Below are positions 1 to 10,451 of a stretch of 64,000 bases of DNA, in pieces (position 1 is the first letter of the stretch; every line of letters begins with the position of its first letter). Position numbers and translations under genes: made by a program. This DNA comes from an uncultured Planctomycetota bacterium (GTDB lineage: Bacteria > Planctomycetota > Planctomycetia > Isosphaerales > Isosphaeraceae): positions 416,001-480,000 of the forward strand of contig CAWJTV010000036.1 of assembly GCA_963845755.1 (NCBI GenBank), in the 5' to 3' direction. The notes under the pieces are model-generated. The model searched no databases. It had not been told where the DNA came from and worked only from the letters and a program-made list of their open reading frames with translations.

Positions 1-2232
1 TTCCGCCTCCGCCGGCTTGCCCGTCTGACGCAGCAGGATGCCGATGCGACCGACCGTATCCGCCAGCTCGCGACGGGCGCCGTTCGAGGACCCGGTGGTG
101 GCGGCCAGCGCCTCCTGGTCGGACCGGGCCAGGGTGTAGGTCGACAGGGCCTCAGCGGTCTTGCCCGTCCCGAAAAGGAGTGAGCCCAGCCGTGATCGGC
201 AGGCCGCCAGCGCGGCCCGTGCCGACGGGTCGGACCCGGTCAGCCCCGCCAGGAGCGATTCCGACCGGCGGTAGGCCGCCAGCGCATCCTCCGTCTTGCC
301 TGTCGATTCAAGCAGGACGGCGACCGCGGTCATGCTGCGGCCGACATCGGGCATTGCCGCGGCGCCGGCCCCCGGCTCGCTCGCCAGCGACTCCCGCGCC
401 GCCAGCACCCCACGGTGCGCCGCCAGCGCGTCCTCGGTGCGGCCGACCTTCCACGTCAGGTCGGCCAGTTCGTAGTTCGAGGCCACCAGCGCCCGCCGCG
501 AGGCGATGTCCGTCTCCCGGCCCAGCAGCGCGCCGAGCTTGCCGTAGAATTCGGCGGCCGACTTCAGGAGGCGGTCGCGCAGCTCCTGGAACTGGTCCTG
601 CTTGAGCAGGAAGTCCTCACTGACGCCGGTGTGGAACCTCTTGATGGCGTCGGCGGCCAGGTCGTAGCGGGCCTGCACCGCGGCCTCCGAGCGGGCCAGG
701 TCGGCGTTGGCGGCGGCCAGGGCGGTTTTGGCCTTCGTTTCGCGGGCCAGGGCGTCGCGGAGGCTTCCGTTGGCCGAGGCCAGGTCGTTCCGGGCCTGGG
801 TCTGCACGGCAGCCACCGCCGTGAGCCCGATCACGCCGGCGACCAGCGCCACCGCCGCCGCCGTCACGGCCGTCCGGTTCCGCCGCGCCCACCGCCGCGC
901 CCGCCGCGAGAGCGGCTCGCGCCAGGCAGTCACCGGCTCGTCGGCCGTCCACCGCTCAACGTCGTCGGCCAGCCCCCGGCATGACGGGTAGCGGTCCTCG
1001 GGTTTCGTCGCCATCGCCTTGAGGCAGACGGCCTCCAGCGCCTTGTCGATCGACGGGTCGAGCCGTCGGGGCGGCAGGAACTCGCCCTGCTGGACCCGGC
1101 GGAGCACCTCGCCGGTCTCTCCCTCAAACGGCGGCCGGCCGGTCAGGAGGCAATACAAGGTGGCACCGAGGCTGTAGACGTCGGAGCGGGGCCCGAGGCG
1201 GTCCAACGCGCCGGCGGCCTGCTCGGGGCTCATGTAGGCGGGCGTGCCCAGGACGCTGCCGGGCAGGGTCTCGGCGCTGCCGCTGGCGGAGGACGGGGCC
1301 AGCGTCCGCTCGTCGGATTCGGTCCCCGGTCCGGCCCGGCCGACCGCCTTCGCCAGTCCCCAGTCGACCACCAGGGTCTCGCCGTGCTTGCCGACGATGA
1401 CGTTGCCCGGCTTGATGTCGCGGTGGAGGACGCCCCGGCTGTGGGCGTACTCGATCGCGTTGCAGACGTCGGTGAACCGCCTCAGCAGCTTACGACGATC
1501 CAGCGACCGGCGGCCCGGGTCGTCCTTGACGGCGCCGTCGGCGTGGAAGTGCTCGATCGCCTTCTTGAGCGAGTCGCCCTTGATGAACCGCATGGCGTAA
1601 TAGGGCCGGCCGCCGTCGTAGGTCCCCAGGCCGTAGACCGGGACGATCCCCGGGTGCTCCAGGCCGCCGGTGATCTCGGCCTCGACCAGGAACCGCTGGC
1701 GGCTGACGGGGTCGTCGGCGTGGTTGTCGAGGATCTGCTTCAGCGCCACCTCGCGGTTCAGCTCGCCGTCCAGCGCGACGAACACTGCCCCCAACCCGCC
1801 CCGGGCGTGGGGCCGCAGGACGCGAAACCGCTGGCCGCCGCTGGTGGCGGTGCCGACCGAGTAGGTGCAGGTGCGGTCCGGGTCGCCGCTGGAGTCGGTG
1901 TCGGATCCGACGTGGACGAGGGTCCCCTCGACGTCGGGCCCGCCGGCGGCGGCGAGGCGCGCGCGGGTGGAGCCGGTCAGCGCGAACGCGGCGAGGCTCT
2001 TCTCGGCGTCGCCCCCGTGGGCGAGTAGGTGCTCGGCGAGCAGGGCGTCGAGTAAGGCGCGGCGGGCGCCGGTGAGGGCCCCGTGTTCGACGAGCAAGTC
2101 GGCCATCGCTCGCCCCGGCGACGCCGTCCAGGCGCCGAAGGCGGCGACGAGCTGGGACTGGTTGACCATTCGGTTCTGCAGCGCCAGCAGACCGAAGAGC
2201 AGGTCGCGTGGCGCCTCATCGCATCGTGGCAT
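1..2232 (-). CDS. Ser/Thr protein kinase with TM segment and TPR-like C-terminus (runs off left edge)
   Basis: Manual translation from ATG at 2232: [19 protein letters not shown]...[10 protein letters not shown]...VALKQ...HRDIKPGN...DWGLAK...[10 protein letters not shown]; not in ORF track because it is open at the edge. Confidence 0.9.
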   Translation of the reverse strand, partial: MPRCDEAPRDLLFGLLALQNRMVNQSQLVAAFGAWTASPGRAMADLLVEHGALTGARRALLDALLAEHLLAHGGDAEKSLAAFALTGSTRARLAAAGGPDVEGTLVHVGSDTDSSGDPDRTCTYSVGTATSGGQRFRVLRPHARGGLGAVFVALDGELNREVALKQILDNHADDPVSRQRFLVEAEITGGLEHPGIVPVYGLGTYDGGRPYYAMRFIKGDSLKKAIEHFHADGAVKDDPGRRSLDRRKLLRRFTDVCNAIEYAHSRGVLHRDIKPGNVIVGKHGETLVVDWGLAKAVGRAGPGTESDERTLAPSSASGSAETLPGSVLGTPAYMSPEQAAGALDRLGPRSDVYSLGATLYCLLTGRPPFEGETGEVLRRVQQGEFLPPRRLDPSIDKALEAVCLKAMATKPEDRYPSCRGLADDVERWTADEPVTAWREPLSRRARRWARRNRTAVTAAAVALVAGVIGLTAVAAVQTQARNDLASANGSLRDALARETKAKTALAAANADLARSEAAVQARYDLAADAIKRFHTGVSEDFLLKQDQFQELRDRLLKSAAEFYGKLGALLGRETDIASRRALVASNYELADLTWKVGRTEDALAAHRGVLAARESLASEPGAGAAAMPDVGRSMTAVAVLLESTGKTEDALAAYRRSESLLAGLTGSDPSARAALAACRSRLGSLLFGTGKTAEALSTYTLARSDQEALAATTGSSNGARRELADTVGRIGILLRQTGKPAEAE

Positions 2233-2647
2233 CGGCTCGGCTCCCGGCCCCGGCGGCGGACGATCGTGCCCGGCCGCCCTCGTGGCGAACGGATCGCAGC
2301 GGGCCGGTGATAGGATAAACGAGTCAATGGACCAAGAGGAAGTCACTTCGGTGAGAGCTGCGTCCCCTCTGCCCCACCCGGTTGACGCGCCCATCAACCG
2401 CAACGGCCGATTCACACGGGGCTTGAATATCATTCGAATACACAAGGGCGAACGCAACGTCGAGAGTGAGTTCACCACGATCAACACGGTTGTTGCTCGC
2501 ATCACGCCGAGAGCCGCCGTGATCCACCTCTTCCGTAACGCCCAGAGGTTTTTCTCTAGCGACCTGATCGTCGTCAGATCGCCAAGCATTCGAAATCCCG
2601 AAGAACGTTGCCAGGCTGGTCCCAGGATTGATCGCCGAGACCTAAGA

Positions 2648-3552
2648 GCGCTCGGAAAAAATGAGTTCACTGGCCCAGGAGCCTCAAACAGATCAAGGAA
2701 CATGCTAACTTGAGGAACGCGTCTTGAATCTCGGTGAGCCGATCCAAACGGCGGCGCAGCCGGCCGAAGGAGTGCAGCCACGCGATGGTCCGCTCTACGT
2801 ACCAGCGGGACTTGCCCAAACCGCTGCCGTGCTCCGTATTGCGGGCCGCCAGCACCGGCGTGGTCCCCCGGCCGCGCAAACCCTGCCGCACCGGTTCCGA
2901 GTCGTAGCCCCGATCCCCCTGCAAGCGGTCGGGCTTCTGCCGCTTCGGCCCCGGCTTGCCGCCCACCGGCGGCATGTCGTCGAGCGTCGTGAAGACCTGG
3001 GTGATCTCGGGGACGTTGGCGGCGGTCACCGTCGCCGCCAGCGGCACGCCTTGGGCGTCGGTCATCACGTGGTGCTTGCTGCCGGATTTGCTCCGGTCCG
3101 TCGGATTCGGGCCGGTATCCTCGCCCCCTTCCGGGGCCTTGGCGAAGGAGGCGTCGATCAGCGCCCGCTCCCAGTCGATCGCGTCAGCGCCGTTGAGCTC
3201 GGCCAGCAAGACGGCGTGCAACTGGCGCCAGACACCGGCCTGCTGCCACGCCTGCAGGTAGGACCGGCAGGTCTTGCCGCAGCCGCAGCCGAGGTCGGCG
3301 GGCAAGTCGTCCCAGGCGATGCCGGTCTTGAGCACGAACAAGATGCCGGTGAGGATCTTGCGGTAGTCCAGGGGTTTGCGTCCCGGGAAGCGGAAGCGGC
3401 GCGGAGGCGGGGGTGGCAGCAAGGGCTCCAGGCGCTTCCACAGCGCATCGGAGACAAGGGGTTTCATGGTGGTCCTCCTTCGGTTCGGGAGATCACTCTC
3501 CGAAGGACTCAAGAGCAGACAGCGTGCCAGTGGATTCATTTTTTCCGAGCGC
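2648..3552 (-). mobile_element. IS5-family insertion sequence
   Basis: 27-bp terminal inverted repeats GCGCTCGGAAAAAATGA(G/A)T(T/C)CACTGGC at 2648-2674 and 3526-3552 enclosing a transposase. Confidence 0.85.
2667..3467 (-). CDS. IS5-family DDE transposase
   Basis: MKPLVSDALWKRLEPLLP...LKTGIAWDDLP...IDAS...GSKHHVMTD...GDRGYD...RWYVERTIAWL; RBS AGGAGG upstream. Confidence 0.93.
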   Translation of the reverse strand: MKPLVSDALWKRLEPLLPPPPPRRFRFPGRKPLDYRKILTGILFVLKTGIAWDDLPADLGCGCGKTCRSYLQAWQQAGVWRQLHAVLLAELNGADAIDWERALIDASFAKAPEGGEDTGPNPTDRSKSGSKHHVMTDAQGVPLAATVTAANVPEITQVFTTLDDMPPVGGKPGPKRQKPDRLQGDRGYDSEPVRQGLRGRGTTPVLAARNTEHGSGLGKSRWYVERTIAWLHSFGRLRRRLDRLTEIQDAFLKLACSLICLRLLGQ

Positions 3553-3811
3553 CGAAGCGAGTACGATGGAAACGGCGATCCATCAGCCCGCAGTAGGACT
3601 GCGGGTAGCCCGGTCGGGTTGTGGCGCGGTTTTGTCGCCTCAATGCCGCATGGAGCGCCTGAATTCCCTTCTGCGGTTGGGTCAGTCGCCCGGTCTTTAG
3701 CGTCCAATTCCTCTCTGCGCTCGGACGTCGTTCGCGCGAGAATTGTGCAACTTTCACGCAGTGCGACAGGTGGTGAACGTTCGCGCCATTCCTCATCACC
3801 AGGGGACTAAA

Positions 3812-3985
3812 ATGAGCATCCCGCATTTCAACGCACAAGTCTCACTCGATCAGACGGGCCAGCGGCATTATCGAGCGGGCGCTGGTGTGTTCGTTCCGGC
3901 GAGCGTTCACCCTTCCAGCGCGACTTGCATCTCTACCTGACGACGGAACTGTGGAAACGACGCTGAATGTTCGGCCTGTTGTCGC
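3812..3985 (+). pseudogene. Cys-rich precursor-like peptide 1 (in-frame TGA at 3938-3940; 3' end apparently lost)
   Basis: RBS-like AGGGG before ATG; MSIPHFNAQVSLDQTGQRHY...VHPSSATCIST*RRNCGNDAECSACCR; leader similar to the peptide at 4306. Confidence 0.6.
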
Positions 3986-3987
3986 TT

Positions 3988-4278
3988 CAAATCGCCGACA
4001 ACGCCGGTGGAACCGACGAACCCCGCGCGCTCAATGACCTGGCTGTGCGGAACGATCAGATTTTCGCGTTGGTCACCGAGCAATTCGGTTACAATCGCTC
4101 GCTCAGCGCGGTGGACCTCCAACCGTCTTCATTGAGAGGAATCCGCAAGATCGTCGAACTCATCGTTTCGTTCGTCCGTCGCGAGACGGACGTGATCGAC
4201 AAGTATTTCGTCCGTGTCAACGTCACTGAACCGTTTCCTTTCCTCGTCTCGAAACTCACGCCGTACTACGCCCACCAG
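3988..4278 (+). pseudogene. PatA/PatG (cyanobactin maturation protease) C-terminal domain fragment
   Basis: QIADNAGGTDEPRALNDLAVR...RKIVELIVSF...KYFVRVNVTEPFPFLVSKLTPYY resembles the PatG C-terminal consensus as I recall it (ADNAGxTDEHRALNYLAxRY...KYFVRVDVTEEFPFLVTKLSPYY); no N-terminus, and the expected stop reads CAG. Confidence 0.75.
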
Positions 4279-4305
4279 GTTTGCGTGGTACAGGAGAGAC
4301 TGACC

Positions 4306-4554
4306 ATGAGACTCCCGGGATTCACTGCCTCTGTGTCGTTGAGCCAGTCCACAACTCACTACGAGGCTTCGCCGCTCATAACGCGGGCATTTGTCGCGAA
4401 GGCGACCTCCGACACGGTGCGAGCGGCTCTGTCGTCATTCGGTTCGGCGTGCAACTGCAACCCTCCTCCAGGCGGGTGCTGCCACGGCGATTCACAAGGG
4501 GACCCCTGCGTCTGCTGCCGAATCGGCAATCATGTCCGCTGTATATATATCTAG
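4306..4554 (+). CDS. Cys-rich precursor-like peptide 2 (82 aa)
   Basis: RBS AGGAG at 4292; MRLPGFTASVSLSQSTTHY...VRAALSSFGSACNCNPPPGGCCHGDSQGDPCVCCRIGNHVRCIYI with 8 Cys in the last 34 aa. Confidence 0.7.
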   Translation: MRLPGFTASVSLSQSTTHYEASPLITRAFVAKATSDTVRAALSSFGSACNCNPPPGGCCHGDSQGDPCVCCRIGNHVRCIYI

Positions 4555-4582
4555 CATATTCGCTTTTCTGTTGACACTTGTC

Positions 4583-4883
4583 CTAACGCGGCCTTCGGCC
4601 GCAACCCCATCGGGATTCCCGATTCGAGATTCCGGATTCCCGAAGGGGAAGGATCCGGGAATCCGGAATCTCGAATCCGGAATTCGGAATCCCCAGAGGC
4701 GCGCACGGCGCAGGGAGCCTACGGAGGACGACTCTAACGCGGCCTTCGGCCGCAACCAAAAGTGGGATTCCCGATTCGCGATTCCGGATTCCCGAAGGGG
4801 GATGATTCGGGAATCTCGAGTCTGGAATTCGGAATCCTCCGATGCGCGGCACGGCGCAGGGATCCTACGAAGGAAGACTCCAA
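4583..4883. repeat. Two tandem copies of a ~151-bp composite palindromic element
   Basis: CTAACGCGGCCTTCGGCCGCAACC at 4583 and 4734, inverted ATTCC(G/C)N heptamer arms, tail GCACGGCGCAGGGA.CCTACG.AGG..GACTC. Confidence 0.85.
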
Positions 4884-5031
4884 GGCAAGGCCCGATCAAA
4901 CGGGGCCCGGCTGCACAAGACGAGCGGTCATGCGATAATCTTACGGATCCGGTTCGTGGCCCGGTGGGAGGACACCGACGTCGGAGTCCAGACACCCGTG
5001 GGCCTCGCCGGACGGCCGGGAGATCATTCGC

Positions 5032-8000
5032 ATGGCGCCCGTCGATCCCGAGCGCAACCTCCTCCTCGGTTTGCTCGCCTTGCAGGTCGGCCTCATCGAT
5101 CAGGGCCAACTCGTCGCCGCCTTCCAGGCCTGGACGCGCGACAAGGCGCGCCCCCTTGCCGACCACCTCATCGACCGCGGCGACCTGGACGCCGACCAGC
5201 GCGGCGTGATCGAGGCGATGGTTGTCCTGCACCTCAAGAAGCACGGTGGGAGTCCGGAGAAGAGCCTCGCCACCATCCCCGCCGGCCGATCCGCCCGCGA
5301 GGCCCTCACACTCCTCGCCGACCCCGACGTCGAGGCCACACTCGACCACCTCGGCACCGGCTCGGAGCCCACCGAGACCGACGTCGGTCCCACCTCCGAC
5401 CGCACCGCCACGCTCTCGGTCGGCTCGGCCACCTCCGACGGTCAGCGGTTCCACGTCCTGCGCCCGCATGCCAGGGGTGGCCTCGGTGTCGTCTTCGTGG
5501 CCCTCGACCGCGAGCTGAACCGCGAGGTGGCGCTGAAGCAGATCCTCGACTCCCACGCCGACGACCCCGTCAGCCGCCAGCGATTCCTGCTCGAAGCCGA
5601 GGTCACGGGCGGCCTGGAGCATCCCGGAATCGTGCCGGTCTACGGCCTGGGAACCTACGCCAGTGGCCGGCCCTATTACGCCATGCGATTCATCCGGGGT
5701 GATTCCCTCAAGGAGGCCATCGACCGCTTCCATCATGAGCAGGCTTTGAAAAGCGATACTCGGCCGACGTTCCCTCGAGCTGCGCAAGCTTCTGCGACGC
5801 TTCCTCGATGTGTGTAACGCCATCGACTACGCCCATTCGCGCGGCGTCCTCCACCGCGACATCAAGCCGGCGAACATCATCGTTGGCAAGCACGGCGAGA
5901 CCCTGATCGTCGACTGGGGACTGGCCAGGGCGCGAGGTCGGGCCGACGCCGGTACCGCGGACGAGCGGCCGCTCATGCCCAGCCCGGCCAGCGGGTCGTC
6001 CGAGACGCTGCCCGGCAGCGCACTGGGAACGCCGGCGTACATGAGCCCGGAGCAAGCCCGCGGCGACCTGGAGCGTCTGGGCCCGCGGTCAGACGTCTAT
6101 AGCCTGGGGGCGACGCTCTACTGTTTACTGACGGGAAAGCCGCCGTTCGAAGGCGACGTGAACGACGTGATCGCGGACGTGCAGCGGGGCGCGTTCCCGC
6201 CGCCCCGGTCTCTCGTCCCGTCGATCGACCGGGCGCTGGAGGCGGTTTGTCTCAAGGCGATGTCCTTGGATCCGGCGGACCGCTACGCAACCTCCAAGTC
6301 GCTCGGCGAGGACGTGGAGCGGTGGATGGCCGACGAGCCCGTGGCGGCTTATCGCGAATCCTGGACCCGGACGCTCACCCGCTGGCTGACGAGGCATCGG
6401 ACCGGAGTCACCGCGGTCGGTGCGGCCATGCTGGTGGCCCTGGCCGGTCTGGGGGCCGTACTGGGCGTGCAGGCGCGGGCCAATAGCCAGTTGATGGCCA
6501 AGAACGCCGAACTGGACGTCGGATTCCGCCGCGAAGCCGAGGTTCGCAAGGAGGCCGAGACCAACTTCAACATGGCCCTCAAGGCCGTAGACGACTACTT
6601 GACGAGCGTCAGTGAAAACACACTCTTCAAGCTCCAGGATTCCGTCGATATTCGCAGACTTCGCCAGGAGCTGCTCAATTCCGCGCTCGAGTACTACAAG
6701 GGCTTCGTCAACCAGCGGAGCCAGGATCCACTCCTCCGCCGACAACTGGCGCGCGCCTACTTTCGGGTGGGACAGATCACCCAGGAAGTCGAATCACCGA
6801 ACCAGGCGATCGAGGCTTACTCACCAGGCCCAGGCCATCTGGGAACCGCTCGTCGCGACTCGTCCCGACGACCATGAGCTTCAAGGCGACCTGGGCGCAT
6901 CGTACCTGGCCGTCGGTAAGCTGCAGGACACGGCCCCCAACCTCGATCTTGATGGGGCGACGAAGTCGCTCACGCGAGCACGTGCGATCCTGGAGCCGCT
7001 CGCGGCGGCGTACCCGCTCGAGCCGGGTTACCAGTCGAGTTTGGCCGATTGCTATTCGGAAATCGCCGCGATCCAGGCGAGGAGGGAACAGCCCGGCGAG
7101 AGCCTGGTCCTCCTCGAGAAAGCCAAAGCCATCGAGAAAGGCTTGATCAAAGGATACCCGAATAAGCATGCCTACCAAAAAAGTCTGGCGGAGATCACCA
7201 ACGTCCTCGGGTACGCATACTACAAACGGCGCAACAGCAACGAAGCGCTCGAGTCGTTTCGCGAGGTCCAGAACATCTGCCTGACCGTCTTGAAACAAGT
7301 GAAAGTCGGCCCCAAACCTCTCTGGCTCTTGAACCTGATGGCGCTGAGTCATTCCAACATCGGCTGGATTCACAAGGAGAAGGAGGAGATCGATGATGCG
7401 CTCAAGTCTTTAGAACAATCACTTGATTATCGATATGCTCTGGTCGATTCCCACCCGTCGGTCACCGAGTACAAGGCCAAGCTGGGATTGAGTTGTCGCG
7501 AGGTCGCCCAGGTCCAGCACGAAGCCCATGAGGACACCAAGGCGTTCCAGTCGATCCAACGGTCCGTAGACGTCCTCAAAGCCCTGGTTCGCGAGCAGCC
7601 CGACCAGGCGGGTTATCGCTGCGAGCTCGGCCTGAGCTGGAACTACCTCGGCGTCCTGTACGACGAGGATCGGAAGAATATCGAGGCGCTCGCCGCGTTC
7701 GAGCAAGCCGTGGCCGAACAGCAACAGGCCGTCGACAAGGCGAAGGAGGTCGACGGGTACCGAGCCTATCTCGCCAATCACCTCGACAATCTCGGCGAGC
7801 AATTCGTGGACCTCGGGCGTGTCGCCGAAGGACTGGCACGCTACCGGCGTTCCCTGCGGCTGTTCCGCGAGCTCAACGCGGCTCATCCGGGAATCCGCTA
7901 TTACTCCCTCGAGGTCTTGAAGTCGTTGATCCGGCAGGGAACGATCGAGCGCCACGATGGCGACTCGGCCGCCGCACGGAAGACGTTTACTGACGCGCGA

Positions 8001-8663
8001 ACGATCCTGGATCGCTGGTCGGCCGCCACGCCGGGAGACGCCGCGCTGCGAGTTCTGCTCGGCGCGGCGCTCGACCGAGAAGCGAACACGCTGTTCGATC
8101 AAGGACTCGCGGTAGAGGCCAAGCAACGGCTCGAACGAGCTCTGGTGATGTTGCGACCTGAAGTGAATCCCGCGACGTCCGACAAAGAGGGCAGCGAAGA
8201 ACGCCGATCACGCCGCGAGGTGCAGTACGTCCTGGGGCTCGCGCCTCGGGTCGATGAGGCGGGCGTTGAGGAACGCCGATGGCGCAGCGAGGTGCTTTGG
8301 GACCTGGCCCATGTCCTTCGCGCCCTCAAGTTGCTCGCGGATGCCGAGAAGGCCGATGGCGACCGTGTGGCCTTGTGGCAAGAGCGTCCGCCCACGGAGT
8401 TGGTCAACCTGGCCTTCAGGCAGTTGGAGAGGGCCCTCGTGATCGGCTACGGCAAGACGTCCATTTCCGATCGGGCCAGAGCCGTCCGCGACCTCGATCT
8501 CGACCAGGCCGCCGCCAATCTCCGCCTGGCAATCGCGCGGGGCTTCCGAGACCTCCGCATGATCCAGTCCCATCCCGACTCCCAAGTCCTCCTCTCACGG
8601 GAAGATCTCAAATTACCAATCATGGATATGGCCTTTCCGGCTCGGCCCTTTGGGGACCAATAG
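5032..8663 (+). CDS. Ser/Thr protein kinase with TM segment and TPR repeats (frameshifts ~5770 and ~6820)
   Basis: Three consecutive ORFs 5032-5817, 5810-6877 and 6612-8663 join into kinase ([21 protein letters not shown]) plus TPR region. Confidence 0.88.
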
Positions 8664-8858
8664 GCCCTTGGCTCATGGGCCGAAATCGGTAATCGCCTGT
8701 ACCAATGAGATTTGTAGGGTGGGTCTTTGTGTAGACTAGTAGGACACTTGGGTGGCCCGGGCGAGAGATCGGCCCGTGATCGTCCGGGACCGCCGCTGGT
8801 CCGCCCGAGCACTCGCCCGCCTGGCGAGGTCCCCATTCGTCCGGAGACAAGGTGACCC

Positions 8859-9801
8859 ATGATCTGTCGCAGCGAACTGAAGCGGCTCCAGGGCCAGCAG
8901 GATTACCCGTCGCTTTCCCTGCTCGCCCCCACCCACCGAACGGCTCCCGCGACCCACAAGGATCGGATCGTCGTGAAGAACCTCGCTGAGCAAGGGCTGA
9001 GGCGCCTCGAGAGCGAGTTCAAGAAGCGCGAGGTCGCGGCCCTGGTCCAGAACCTGAACCGGCTCGTCGACCACGTGGACTGGGAGCATTCACTCGATGG
9101 CCTGGCCCTGTTCGCGAGCCGGGACGTGGCAACCGCGGTTCACCTCCCGTTCCGCCCGAGGGCGAGGATTGTGATCGACGCGACGTTCGCAACCCGCGAC
9201 CTGGTCTATGCGCTCAACCGGGCCCCGTGCTACCGGGTCCTCGTGTTGACCGAGAAACCGACGCGGCTGTTCGACGCGTCGACCAACGTCCTGACCGAAT
9301 ACGCCGCCAAGCCCTTCCCGATGGTCCACAAGGGTCGCGGCGGGGCGTCCCGACTCCCGGGGGGCCAGGGGATCCAAGGATCCCAACGCGATCGTCGGCG
9401 TCCTGGCCGGAAGCCATGACGACCCGAACCCCACCGCCCTCGGCAGGCTCGTCTGGCCCATCTTCAAGTCGGGTGCGACCCTGAGGCGGACCCGGGCGCT
9501 GGCCCGACTCCACGAGGCGGTGAGCGTCAACCGCCACGCGTCAGGGATCGATCAGGTGTGGCGGGCCGCCCTCGAGAAACGCTGCCAGATCCTGCTGGTC
9601 GAGACCGACTTCGAACATCCCGCGGACCTGAGCCCTCAGGGTGATCGCCTACTCCCCTACACCGGCCGAGGGGCGGCGTCCCTGGATGACGCCGTGGACG
9701 AGGTGATCGAGAGGGTCATCGCCGCCGGCGGCGAGGTGTTCTTCTACGACCCGGGCGTCCTCGACCTCCACCAGCGGATCGCGGCCGTGCTCCGCTACTG
9801 A
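8859..9801 (+). pseudogene. baeRF3 / Balon-like ribosome hibernation factor with internal deletion and frameshift ~9375
   Basis: YPSLSLLAPTHRTAP...LDGLALFAS...IDATFATRDL...YRVLVL in one frame; KDPNAIVGVLAGSHD...LLVETDF...DDAVDEVIERVIAAGGEVFF...RIAAVLRY in another. Confidence 0.75.
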
Positions 9802-9942
9802 GTTGACCGTGGGGCCGAGGAGATCGGAGGGCGGGAAGCGACCGCCCGAGAACCACGATGAACCCATGTTCGCGCGGGCATCACTCCGATTCGCGGGGCG
9901 TCTGTTACTGCACGCTGCCGTAAGTCGAGAAGGACCCTTTTC

Positions 9943-10210
9943 CTAACGCGGCCTTCGGCCGCAACCCAAGAGGGATTGAGGATTCCCAATTCCGGATTCC
10001 GGATTCCCAATTCCGGATTCCCAATTCCGGATTCCGGATTCCCAATTCCGAATTCCGGATTCCGGATTCCCAATTCCGAATTCCGGATTCCGGATTCCCA
10101 ATTCCGAATTCCGGATTCCGGATGAAGAGGGATTCGGGAATCGGGAATTCGGAATCAAGGATCCCCCAGATGGCGGCACGGCGCAGGGATTCTACGGAGG
10201 TAGAGTCTGA
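9943..10210. repeat. Third copy of the composite element, with an expanded 20-unit heptamer array (9982-10121)
   Basis: Same 24-bp head and GCACGGCGCAGGGA tail; ATTCCCA/ATTCCGG/ATTCCGA units. Confidence 0.9.
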
Positions 10211-10451
10211 ACTGGCACGATTCGTGCAGATCATCGAGCGGAAGGGGTGAGCGAGGAAAGGTGCGAAGGGCCACAGGCTGCGCCCGGCTTCGACGGCCCA
10301 AGCCAGAACTTGGTATGCGAATTGCTACGAGACCGATCACCCGATATCCGGATCGGTCGGAGTACCGGCATTCAGCACCCACGCCGTGCGAGAGCGAGGT
10401 TCCATGGACGACCTCCGAGGGCTCGGCCTCATGAAAGCTAAAGGGTGATCG

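Noticed and set aside
2327..2645. ORF between the kinase and IS5
   Set aside because: No recognisable motif in the frames examined; possibly an IS-truncated remnant but unsupported
3967..4554. Single 195-aa protein as given by the ORF track
   Set aside because: Better explained as a PatG_C fragment that lost its stop and reads into a separate peptide with its own RBS and ATG at 4306
4583..4883. CRISPR array (24-bp palindromic repeat with spacers)
   Set aside because: Only two adjacent copies, ~127-bp inter-repeat segments that are similar to each other, and no cas genes in the window
8697..8750. Possible IS end (TGTGTAGACTAGTAGGACAC) after a truncated REP; similar candidate at ~9905-9927
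   Set aside because: No partner inverted repeat or transposase found in the window
9795..10234. Repetitive GIRNPE/WESGIRN ORFs
   Set aside because: These are translations of the heptamer array, with no RBS or other coding evidence
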